From the NCBI GenBank assembly GCA_028534125.1, contig CM052816.1:89964001-90028000 (forward strand): a stretch of DNA of 64,000 nucleotides. The letters run 5' to 3'. Position 1 is the stretch's first letter. Each line of letters opens with the position of its first letter. Source of the stretch: Lama glama (lineage: Eukaryota). The position numbers were made by a program, and so were the translations under genes. Shown piece by piece: positions 1 through 12,110 of this stretch. The notes beneath the pieces are model-generated. The model had not been told where the DNA came from. It saw only the letters and a program-made list of their open reading frames with translations, and did not search any database.

Positions 1-1379
1 ACCATATAGCATTAGATCTATTGTTTAAAGATAATCAACTTAGCATAACCGAAAAGAATGCATTAAGTGATTTAGAACTATTATTTATCTTTGAAGATAT
101 TTTTATGTTAAAATTTTAATCAGTTTCTTGTTACATCAAATCTTCAATGCCTAGCAATGATAGTATTGTAACACTCAATTTTTTCATAAATAAGTATCCA
201 AATTATGAAGAAAGTCAGAAACAGTAATGAAATTTATGGCTGACTTATAGGGAGTGGTAACAATTGTTTATGGTTAAGTATATAAAATAGTGTATTTTCT
301 ACATATGGTTTTTCAAAGTCCAATGTCCTAAAAAATGGAATATCACAATACTTTGGTTTATAATAGCAACGGATTCTTTTCTCCTTTTTTTGCAAAGGAA
401 GAATATTAGAAAGTAACCATTCCTGCATCATCATTCCTGATAAGAGGGTAGAGTAACAATTTAATATTGATTATTGACATTAAACTGTGTTCTCTACCAG
501 GTTTAGACTAAACAAACGTTAACTACTGAAATCGAGAACCACAGCCAAGAAAACGATCCATTTGGCACAGAATGTGAGGGAATTTGGCATCACCAATATA
601 TCAATACACTACAGAGTTGTATATAGTTTATACTTACATATTAATGTATATAATAATATAGTAATTTATTAATTTATTCACTTTTGATAATTCTGATCTT
701 TTTTATAAAAATTAGAGAAGATAATTTTAATTTTTAATATTGATTTCAATTTTTATAACACTTTCTTATCCTAAATAGATTTCTACAGTCAAATTTCATA
801 GCACAACCAAAACCAAGCAAACAAACAAAAAAAACTTGCTGATTGGCAATTTGGGGCCAGTCAAAAGTGTAAGCCGTTGGTTCATAGTGCAGAGCAAGAT
901 AACATTTTCCTCTGTCAGAGTGGAGTCCAGTCTTTACAAATGCCATTATTTGTTATTGTTTTAAAGAGGTCCTCAAATTGGTCAATAATCAGAAGTATTT
1001 CGAAGAATTACACTTTCCTGTCCTAAAATGTTTACCAAATACATTAAGGAGCATTCTTTTACTCTACAATCAATATGTGTGGAGTAAAAGAATGCAAAAA
1101 AAAATTCATGTATACAGATTTAGGAATTATATTTAGTGAGAAAACTGATAAAACACCATACATTTTGGCAAATTATACTCTGCTAATTTGAGAAAATTAT
1201 CCCATGATGCGGCAGGTAGGGAGGTTATTCTAATTCTTAGTGCTCCATCCCATTCAGTATATGTGCTGAATGAAAACAATTAAAAAGAAATCAATAAATT
1301 ACAATAAAAGAGAAACAAAAGCTCATAACTGTGATGTATAAGACTAACCAGGCTGATAATTTTCAGAACTTCTATTGCC

Positions 1380-2460
1380 TCATTAAATTTTTATTTCCTT
1401 CTGTTTGTTATTGAGGAAAGTGTTGAAATTACAACTCCACATATTTTTTCAGATATTTCAGCTTTTACTTTATGTTGTTAGGGAAAAACACATTTATAAT
1501 GCTGGCTTATTAGAAACTGATTCTTTTAGCATTATAAGATATAATATTTCCTGTCTTGAATTCTAGTTTCTCTTTTATTGACGTGCCTACATCAGGTTTC
1601 TTGTGCTTGCTGTTTGTGTGATGGTTATTTTCATTCTTTTACTGTGAAACGTTCTGTGTTCTTTATATTTACAAAGTGTGCTTCTTAACAAAGTAGAGTC
1701 ACATCTAGATTTTTCATCTATTCTGACAAACCGTGAATTTTAAATTTAGTTTTAAGAATGTTTAAATTTAATATAATTTTTGAAATTATAGGGTTTAAAT
1801 CTAACATCTTGGTATTTGTTTTCTATTTTCCCTTCTGTTGTTTCTTCTCTTTTCCTACCTTCTTTGGATGAAACTGATTATTGATTAGTATTCTGCTTGT
1901 TTCCTTTATTGGATTATCAACTACATTTCTTTTTTTAAATGTTTAATGGATGCTCTTCGTTCTACAATGTGCATTTTAAAACATCACAATCTAACTTCAA
2001 ATAATAAACATTCTTGTATATAAGAAATAGTCATCAGTATTTGTTTTAAAAAATTCTAATTCATCATTATCATTACTACTCTCAGCAAACACATAAAGAA
2101 GTTACAACCAGAGAAACAAAAGTCTTTACTGTTAAACTATATATTTCCAATTTCTGCAGGTGTTCATTTCTGTGGGTGGATCCAGTTTCCCCATGACATC
2201 AATTCTTCCTCCACAGCAGTTACGTCCAGTAACATTTAGTCTGCTAGATGTATAGTAGAGAATAACGTAGCTATTTACATTTAGCATGACCTTAATTCAT
2301 CTTCATTTTTTAAAAATATATATATAATTGGATGAAAAATTTTAGGCTGATGAGTAGTTTTTTCAGTGCTAAGTGCATAGTTGACGTAACCATACTTTGC
2401 ATGCTTGTCCAGCAATCCTCCATTTCCTAAAGTTTTTGCTGCTATCAGATCAGCTCTTCC
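1380..2460 (-). mobile_element. Old L1M (L1ME-like) fragment spanning the ORF1 end and ORF2 endonuclease start
   Basis: T-rich + strand with decayed antisense L1 ORF2 5' motifs (e.g. CATCAGGTTTCTTGTGCTTGCTGTTTGTGTGATGG, TTCTTTATATTTACAAAGTGTGCTTC). These parallel the better-preserved copy at 6000-6230. Boundaries are approximate. Confidence 0.6.
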
Positions 2461-5400
2461 CCAATGAACAAGCATGATCACTACATGGTATAGAACTGGG
2501 TGTTCTCAGAACAAATTAAATGCCATGTAGAACCCCAAACGGGTATACTCTTCCTTCAAAGCCTTAGGAGAGATAAATGTATAGTGGAACAGAGCCCAGG
2601 AGGAAACAGCAAACCACGATCTCCCGTTGTCCAAATACGTATTCCTTTTCAGTGAAGCTGGAGAAACGTACACGCTCGAGATCTCCTAACGCTTGTGAAT
2701 TTGGAGTAATGGATCACAGTGGAGTGAGACAGTGAAAATTTCCTCAGACTTGTTGCAATGAATCTATTCTATGTTTTGTGATGAGCAAAGAGCTCAATTA
2801 TAAATTGATTCCATCACTTTGTGGCTCATGCCCAATGAAGGGGAGAGATTGACAAGATTTGTAGCCAAAGAGAAGTATCTATGACCCTGTGTGTCGTTTT
2901 TGCTGGACTTCAAAAGAGACAAAAGTTGTCCTGCGTTCCCTGCTGAAAGTTCATAAGTAAAAGAGGATAATTAAGCAAAATTATAAAATCCCGTTTGTCT
3001 AAAGCAGACAGTGAAACTATTAAGGTGGGATGACTGGATTTTGTATAGAAACTCACCAGGTACTCTTCTGACTGACAGTAGTCACAATCTTTGTTGAAGT
3101 AGCTTTTTGTGACGTACATGCACTGATTTTTTTTTTAAAGACAGTTAGGGGAGCTGTCAGTTGGAATGGGAACGTGAAGAAGGAGTTATAAGAGATTCTG
3201 GCATCTTAGGTCTCTATAGGGTATTTCCAGCTACACCCAACTTTCCACCTCTTAGCACACTGACTCTCATTCTAAAGCTGGGGAAGGATGGAGGATGGGG
3301 GGGATGTGTCAAGATTCTCTGCAGCTTGTCTCTGTCCTCAGTCTCTAAACAGGAGCCTGACATGAGGAGACTTTAGGGCACAGCAGCACTGGAAGATGGA
3401 GCCCCGTGCTATGTTGTTTCTAAGCAACGGAAGCCCATCCGTCATTTTTCTTCTGCACCAGACGCAGCTGTTTAGAACAGGCTGTCTAGCTGTGCTGAGG
3501 ATTGCTGAAGCAAATGGAAAATCGCAGGATCACACCAGCTCCTGGCTTTACCATTGGTTCCCAAGTCGAATAAAAATTTCACTGAAGCGTCAGGAAGGTC
3601 CTATCGCCAGGAGAACCCATGGTCTGTTAGGGGCATCTCTGTCTGTTCAAACATCACAGCAGGCAGTCTTATTCTTGCAGAATTTTCTGCCTGCCGACTA
3701 AGGAAGTCAGCGGTGCTTTGCTTAAAATGTCTTGCTACAGCACATATTATGAGAGTGGATGCCTAATTGGTTGAGATTGTTGAGAAGGGGCATCCTCTTA
3801 GCAGACATTCGTTGTCATAGCGAAATCTCTGAATATGGAAATTAGTTCATTAACTGGTAAATACGTGAAAGCTGTTCTAGTGTGTAGTTCACAATTTACC
3901 TGACACCCTATCATAAGTGGCTTTCGTCAAAGGTTGTGCCACACCTGTAGTTCACCAGCTCAGAGGAAGTGGCATCTCTCTCTCGCAGAAATGGTGTCTT
4001 GCAGTACAGTCATATTCTGGCGAATTCTATGTATTCCACATTTCATTTTGTTTTTGTTTGTCTACTTATTACTATAGGCTTATTTTTCATCACTGTTACA
4101 CATGTAGCATGTTGACATCATTTAATCAACAGAGAGCAAGATGGGAATTGTGTACATCTGATTGTGATGGTAACGGTGTTCTGAGTACTGGGAAATCTGA
4201 AAGAAATGGCCCCACGACATCTCACCTGTACGCAACAGGTGGATAAGATAGCGTGTTCCCTCCAGTTCCGAAAGTCTGACGGCTCTAGTGACTACACATG
4301 ACCGAGTTGATCAGGATGGGCAGGGATTTTGAGGAATATATGCATGAACCTAAGGTCCCACGTTTTAATGGGGAGTGATGTGAAATGTAGTAGAAATGTT
4401 TTAAGGCATTCTCTATCTGACTATATATGTCAAATCCAAATATAGCTTGCTTGAAATTCAAAATAGAGTTTATTTGAAGCCCTGAAAGTCTAGGCAGGTC
4501 GTTCCAAGATGGTATAATTGTTCAAATAGTCATTGAAGATCTAAGTTGAAGACCCAGAAGGGCCAAACCTCCAGTACATCTTCTTTATATCAGGCAAAAA
4601 TATGCCCTGTGCCCATTGCTATCTGCAAAGGATAAAAAGATAAGTTTATTTTCATTGCTACCCCCAAACAAAATTAGAATTTGTTCACTGTGGTAAAAGA
4701 GAAGAATGGGATATCATTTAGGGAATTAATAGTGCTTGCTCTATTTTTCAACTCAAGTCCCTTCTCTGTAGGAACTACTTTCTCTCCACCAATAGACATT
4801 GCAGAAAGCATTCATTTAGGGGTCAGATGTCTAATATACGATGCCACCTCAAGGAGAAACCATCATATCTTTTTTTTATGAAATATTTTTTAACAAATCA
4901 AGAAGATATTGCAAGTTTTACAAGCCAAGTTGCAAATTTGTAGTGCTAGGCCTGGAGACAGCATGTAGCCATCAAGATGATTAGTCAAACGAACATTTCA
5001 GAAGAGTGAAATTTTGAGGGAGTAGAAGCTGTGATGCAGAGAGAGATGTGGAGTAGATGTGTTTGGAGAGCAGACATAAGTGACCATATGGTTCCCAAGA
5101 AAGAGGAAGAGAGAGTCACTGCAGATACTTTTTCAGTTGTGCGTGCTGTGGTTGACTTCCATATGACCACATCTTCTAATGATTTACCATATTCCTTGGG
5201 TGTTCAAAATTGTATTTGGTCCATTTGCTAAATATCTACTTCACATCGTTTTGTAAGATAAATTTATCATTTACTGTTTCAATTTTCTCTTTTTCTTTTT
5301 ATGCTTCCCTTACCTAGTCTGTTGATTTTTTTCTATTTATTATCATGCCAATTTCAAACTTGTAATATTTTCTAACATGCAATCAAAACAGGCATTGGAT

Positions 5401-5944
5401 TCTCTCCTTTCTTCATTTTCAAATTATAACACAATATTATTATGTGGGTGTTCTCCAAGTATGCATGTTATCGTTCAGATTCTTCACTTAGTTTTTTTTT
5501 TAAATATATATCCTTGTAAATATGCAGGCTCAAAAATAGAATCTGTTACTCTTTAATTCAGTGAGTTTTTTTCTATTATTTTATGTTAGATTCTGATCGC
5601 ATTGTTTTCAAAATTTAGAGTTCTTAAATGAGACTGATAATGATGAAAATCCTTGTGAGTTCCTGATTTTACTGGAATGCCTACTTCTGCATTAAAATCG
5701 TCAGATATTAGTTAGAGATGAGTGTTCAAGATGACGCTAAAAAGGCTTTCTTTTATTCATAAATTATTAAAGACATATATAATACACTTATTCTTAAGTT
5801 TACAAAATACATTTTAAACACATATTCATACATATGTGAGATAATACATACAATACCTATCTATTTATCTTTCTGAGTATACTGTAATACTTTTAAGGGA
5901 ATCATTAAATATGCACCCACATAATACGTATTTGACTCTGTTTT

Positions 5945-7485
5945 AGGCATGTACACGTTGTGGATTGCTGTGTGTTCTTGGAGAACGGACCCACCTCATT
6001 ATGCAACGCCATCTTTCCCCGATAGTTCTCCTGATCTGAAGTCGGCTCTGTCTGAAATTTGTGTAGCTATTCCAGCTTTCTTTTAATTAGTGTTAGCATG
6101 GTTTATCCTTCTTCACCCACTTACTCTTAATACACATGTGTTTTTATATTTAAAGTAGGTTTCCTGTAGACAACGTGTATCTTGTTCTATTATTTTTTTT
6201 AATCTGCTATGACTATCTCTGTCTTTTTATTGATGCCCTTAATTTTTGGAGATGCTCAGTTATTATCACTTCAAACATTGCCTCATTTATCCTTCGTCTC
6301 CTTCTGGTAACAGTGTTATGCATGTGTTCCACTGTTTGTAGTTGTCCCACCTTTCTTGGATATTCTGGGGGTTTTGTTTGTTTTTCAGTATTTTTTCTCT
6401 TTACTTTTTTGTTTGGAAGTTTCTATTTACCTACACTCAAATTCAGATTCTTTCCTCAGCAGTGTCCCACCTATTACAGTGTGTTTCATTTCTATCATTT
6501 CTTTTTGACTTTATCTTAGAATTTCCATTTCTCCATGTACATTGAACATATGTTCTTCTGTGTTATCTACTTTTTTCGTTATAGCCCTTAGCATATTAAA
6601 CGTGGTTATTTTAAATTCCTGGTTGGATAATTCCAACGTCACTGCCATTTCTAAATATGGTTCTGATTCTTGCTCTGCCTCTTCAAATTATGGGAGTTTT
6701 TTTTTTTTCTTGGTCTTTTAATACGCCTTGTTATTTTTTCTTCATAGCTGTACATGATGTACTGGGAAAAAGGACCTCTGGTAAATAGGCCTCTAGTGTC
6801 GTATGGTCTGCTGGGAGGAGAAGCCTTCTGTCGTCCTGTGGTTGGGCCTCAGTCCTGTGAGCCTGCACCCCTGCGCTGTGAACGTCACAAACGCTTCTCA
6901 GCCTTCAGTGGGGTAGGATGACTAGAAGAGGCTGGAGCTGGGTACTTCCCCTTTCCCAGGCTGATCAGGTTCTGATCAAACCCTTTAGTTCAGGAACTAG
7001 TGAAATGGGTTCTGCTGCAGGCATGCCTACTAAGAAGAGCAGAATGCCCTGGCTTTTCCCGCTCCGTGATGCAAACTTGAGGGAGCTCCCCTCTGATCTT
7101 TACTGCAAAAATCTGGTAAGGCTCCTCGAGGTAAAACGGACACAATTGTGGGGAACTCCTAAGAGTGGCCACTATGGGGGTTTTACCTCTCAGACTTCTT
7201 CAGTGAGTCTACAGCTGTCCTACAAATACAGATTAGCTTTTCTGACCCCAGGAGATTGGTTCTCACAGAGGTTTCTTTTCATGGGTTTCTGCTCAGGCAA
7301 ACTGTGAATCTCTGTATCTGCCTGCCTGTCACTCCAATCTGGGGGCCAGCTATTTATCCTGCGATCTCGGTTCTGTGACAGGTGTGAAAAAACTTGCTGA
7401 CTTCCAGTTTGTCTCACTTCTTACTGTTGTTTGGACGGGATGATGACTTTCGAGCTCTTTACATGCTGGGTGAGAGTCAGGAAGT
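5945..7485 (-). mobile_element. L1MC/L1MD-like LINE-1 5' part (5' UTR, ORF1 remnant, ORF2 endonuclease start)
   Basis: The minus strand of ~6010-6175 translates to CLQETYFKYKNTCVLRVSG*RRINHANTN*KKAGIATQISDRADF, matching the L1 ORF2 endonuclease (CLQETH...KKAGVAILISDK). The 5' terminus near 7485 (minus: ACTTCCTGACTCTCACCCAGCATGTAAAGAGCTCGAAAGTC) is homologous to the L1 5' end at ~47097. Confidence 0.85.
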
Positions 7486-8589
7486 TTATTTTGTTTTTCT
7501 TAATGAATCTCTACATTATGAATATATTTCTTACACAGGTTCACAAAGTAGAAGTCACTGAGTATATTTTTAAGAATATATATTCTGCCATATATTCTTA
7601 GGTAAAACATACCGGAAAAAACCTCAGTACAATGTATCAAGAAAAGATGCCAATGTCTTTCAATACAACAAACAAGACCTTTAAGAGCCACCACCTTGCT
7701 CTACTATAAGCACAGACACAGGGACACATTTAAAAACTATGATTCTTAACATTTATAACTATCACCTTGGCAAAATTTAAATTCATGTGTTCACAACTTC
7801 CATATACCAAAATTTAGTCCAACAATTTTTCTGGTTATAAATTATGTGAACTGGAACATTGGCACGCACACAAACACACACAAGTGATTTGCAGTATTGA
7901 GTTTTAATCCTGGATTATCTTAGTTTGATGTTAATTTAAAGATATTAAGAGATTCTAAAATGATAAATCAAAACTTATTCATATGCATATTATTTAATTT
8001 TAAATGCAGCTGTATAATTATATGCTAGTGATCTGAAATACCCAGCAAACTAGTGCTACCCATAATATCTCTAATTAAAAAATTAGGTAATAAGCACACT
8101 TTAAGCAGTGATGTGGAAAGGGTATTGCATGCTGGATTAGCATCTGGGAAGAGAGACGGTAGGAAATTCTGATCTGTTTAGCGTATTTCTTGAACATCAT
8201 GCAAGAGTTACACTGCAAAGAAAAAATACACAAGAAAGAAGTAATTTTAATATTTCACCTTTAAGCAAAACATTTAAATGATCCAACTCTAAAAAGGGGG
8301 GCTCGCTGATTATCAAAGGAATCAAGAATTCAAACAAAGGGAAGATACACATCTGTGCTATCTTCTGACATTTACGATGTAATGGGAATACAATATTCTT
8401 TCCTGAAACTGGTAACATAGAGGTCATTGATGACCATGTAATATGTAGGCACCTCTTCTGCAGTAAGGAGGGAAATCAGATTGTGGTGGGTTGAAAAATG
8501 AACTAAAAGTGAGGTATTAGCATAACAAAATAGTACAAATTTTGGAAGAGCTTTGCTGTGAAAGGGAGCAAAAAAAAAAGAGTTTATAT

Positions 8590-9050
8590 TTGTTATGATG
8601 CTTTGGGCTGCTGGTAACAGAAAAGCCAACTATAAAAATTTAACACAAAGAAAACTTTTTAAAAGTTTGTGTGTTAAAGGAGACATTACTATAAAACAGG
8701 AATCCCAGAAGGAAGATGTCTACAGAGCGGTAAATAGTGGATCAAACATCAGAGACTTGAATTCTTTACAGCTCTTTGTCCAGAAAACCTCAGCAGGTGA
8801 ACCACTCTCCCTGTATCTGCAGCTGAACTGGGACCCTTCGAAGTACATCACCTCCACATAGAGCCATGCCTCTCCTGAGTCTCTTTTAGGAAAGCAAGTA
8901 ACTTTTCCAAGACATTCCAGGATAGACTTTCCCTCATGTTCTATTGGCCAGATCTGCATTTTTTGTCTAATTTTAAGTCATTTATCAAAAGACAGGAGAG
9001 CGCTTTGATTATTATTTTTTTTTTCCACTTCATGGGGCTGACTGTTAACT
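8590..9050 (-). mobile_element. Old MaLR LTR (MLT1J/K-like), degraded
   Basis: Starts with the typical old-MLT1 end GATGCTTTGGGCTGCTGGTAACAGAAAAGCCAAC and contains CCCTCATGTTCTATTGGCCAGATCTG. Recognised from memory; highly diverged. Confidence 0.4.
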
Positions 9051-10779
9051 GGTAGCATGCTTTCATGTTAATGAGATTAACAAATTTATTAATTTTTCTA
9101 CTAACTCACTCCAGGTTTTGAGGCTTCCTCGATGGCAAGTCTCTGACATCACAGAGCATATTTTAAAGAGGTGGCAAAAACAATGTATTTATAAATAATA
9201 AATAAATTTAAAAGTGCTAAAATAGAAAAATAAGACATCTTAATATAGTAGACAACTCCTACGGTAGAGGATAGAGGTTGCTTTAGCTTGAAGAGTTTTG
9301 AAAACTTTTATTAGTGAACTAATATTTAATCTGAAATGAAAATCATGGTGTTTCATGTCAGTCTCAGCCTATCAATAACTAGCATTGTAGTTCTCTGAGA
9401 GATGATGTTTTCTTGAACTAGGTGGGTAACAGTGTAAGCGCTGAGATCTTGACTATACACAAAATATGTTTGAATAATTTTATAAAACTTACTGAGATTG
9501 TATTTGGGATGTTACAGAATGATCATAATTGTTTATGATTCTTAGACTTTGGTGTTGACCAACAAGGCTTTTTGTGATGCCCTTAGTAGGGAAAGTAATG
9601 CACAGAGAAAAGAAGGTTGGGAAATAGTGGTGAGAAATTACATGGTAGAATAGGAAATTGATAATGTTTGTGGAAAGAAGCCCTAATGGAAAGAGTTAAA
9701 GTTTTGACAAAATCAGGGAGAATGTTTTACAGGAAGTAAGGTGAAGGGAACTTCCACACAGTTGGATCGCAGGAGTAGGAAGCTTGAGGAGGAGAAATTC
9801 AATTCTGCTATCCCAGGAAAATCAAAGCATAACCTACTAGGCCATCCAACTGAAAATGGCCAGGGTGAGGTACCATTATTTGGGGTTTGTGCAGTTCAAC
9901 TTAAAGCAGAGCTAGTGTGAACATTTTGTTCTTTCAGGTCACATAGGAAAAAGAATAGATACATGCGTTCAACTGTCACTGAAGTGTCCCCAGTTGTCTG
10001 AGATGGAGAGAGAAACACAGGGATTATTTATATTTTGAAGAATGCAATTTAGAAATGGACTGCAGGGTCTAAACTAGATAGAGAGGTGAGTTTAGAAGGA
10101 GTGTGTGGTTAGTGGGATCAGGGTACTGAATAGATAGGAAGCCTCACTGAAGTTCAATAGTTCTACCTATAAGAGTACAAGAGCAAGGAGACTGAAAAAA
10201 CAAAAGGCAGAGGTCGATGGATATGATATTTGAAGTAAGTGTTTTCATAAGTTATTGTTCTCAGTCAAAATGCACAAACTGGTGACAATAAGAATGACAG
10301 CAACCTGGAGAGGTGCTTGGATTTGTTTGGCTTCAGTAAATAAACAAGAAATTGGAATTTTATTCTTTTAGGCTGTTATCTCCTGTTTATTGCAGTTCCC
10401 TCAAATTCCTTTGGTCTGAGACCTGATTTTTCTGTGTTTTATCTTACCTGGCATGTTCCTAAGGTCATCTGAAGGTGAGCTCTAGCCTAAGGCATGATCC
10501 TGGGAACAAATGAACAAAGTAAGTGTGAAAAAGTCAGGAAATTGAGGTTCCAAGGCATTAAGTGGATCAAACAGTAGACTCTGAGTCTCTAACAGCTTTG
10601 ACAGAAATAGGAGTGGACAAGAAGACAGCATTCAAATTATCCTTGGATGAGTGAGAATACAGGGAATTCTGTAGGTGACAATTTTGAGGTAGGGAGAGGA
10701 CTGTATAATGGAATAATAAAAGCTACAAAAGGGCAGGAGATTTCATTTGCATGTTCTTACAGAGAAAACCCAATTTTAA

Positions 10780-12110
10780 AACACAGAAGGGATGAGAGAA
10801 ATAGAAAATTAACATTAGAACAGTCAAGAAAGTTGCTGCAGACAAGATCAACCGAAGAATACTAATATTAGTAGTGAAACTTTAAGGAGAAAAAGGAGAT
10901 TTTTATATGCACAAAGTATCTCCCCCAAATACTTATTAATTTCCATGATTGTTTAATCATATACCTCCAAATTCTTGGACTTCTCCAAGAGGTGAAGTTT
11001 TATCTCCTAACTCTTAGGTTGAGTATGGACAGTAATTAGCGACTCATTGCTGAAAAATAAAGTATGGAAAGGGAAAAAAGTGGTAATAGTGGTGAATCCT
11101 GGAAGACCCAATGTTAACCAACTGATCAAGGTTAACATTACCAGTAATAAGATACATTTATATTCTGTATCCTCTAATATGATGCAATAAAATTATAAGT
11201 ATTTTGTCAAATATGCGTAGCATCAGTCTTATCATAAGTAAGTATTAAACAAACTCATAATATGGTGTGATATTATGATTGATAAGAAATATATATAAGA
11301 AATGAGGTCTTTGTCCTCATTTCTAGTGCAGAATTCCTAAAACCTTGGAATTTCCTAAGTGATAAGAGCTATAAAGTGTCTTTTGTATGACAACGAGGTG
11401 ACTTTTGGAAAGCCCCTCAGTAACCTAGGGTTGGGGATAGTTGCCAGTGGAGCCAATCAGGTGTTGAGGGGGGTTGAAACTTTTGGTCCCATCACTTGAC
11501 CTTCAGGGAGAGGAGAGGGGCCGGAGATTGAGTTCAATCACTGCCAATGATTTAATCGATCATGCCTGTGTAATGCAGCCTCCATTAAAAAAATCCAAAA
11601 GGGTGGGGCTTGGAGAGCTTCTGGGTTAGTGAGCACCTGGAGATTTGGGGTGAGGGCTTGGAAGCCCTGTGCTGTTTCCCCCTTCCTTTCCCTCTGCAGC
11701 TCTTCCATCTGGCTATTCCTGAATTATACTCTTTTATAATAAACTGGTGACCTAGTATATACAATGTTTCTCTGAGATCATGAGCTGCTCTAGCAAAGTA
11801 ACCAAACCCAAGGAGGTTGATGGAACCTCCAATCTATAGTGGGTAAGTCAGAAGCACAGGTGACAAGATGGATTTTTGATTGGCATCCAAATTGGGGTCA
11901 GGGGTGGTTGATAGAAGTAGTCTTGTAGGACCAAGTTCTTAATCTGTGGATCTGATGTTGCTGTCTCCAAGTGGACAGTGAGAGAACTGAGTTGAATTGT
12001 AAGATACGCAGCTGGTGTTCCAGAATGGCTTCCTGGTGTGGCGGGAAATACCCCCGAACACATTGGAATTGGGTGCAAAACTCACTTTCAAGGGGGATTC
12101 TACAAAATTC
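10780..12110 (+). mobile_element. L1MC-type 3' UTR fragment, interrupted by a MER21 LTR
   Basis: L1MC 3' motifs CAAAGTATCTCCCCCAAATACTTATTAAT and TTAACCAACTGATCAAGGTTAACATTACCAGTAATAAGA. The L1 resumes after the LTR as GGATTCTACAAAA. Confidence 0.65.
11266..12090 (+). mobile_element. MER21-family solo LTR
   Basis: Begins TGTGATATTATGAT...AAGAAATATATA and contains CCTAAAACCTTGGAATTTCCTAAGTGAT and GCCAATGATTTAATCGATCATGCCTGTGTAATGCAGCCTCCATTAAAA. AATAAA lies at ~11738 and the element ends ...TTTCA. The flanks ATGG/AGGG may be a degenerate TSD. Confidence 0.85.

Noticed and set aside
3161..4246. Cluster of 70-109-aa ORFs in a slightly GC-richer region
   Set aside because: The frames overlap, no protein is recognisable and there is no consistent exon structure. 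This is expected by chance.
6175..7307. ORFs of 114 and 129 aa
   Set aside because: They are antisense reading frames within an L1 ORF1/5' UTR remnant, with composition-driven F/L/S-rich peptides.
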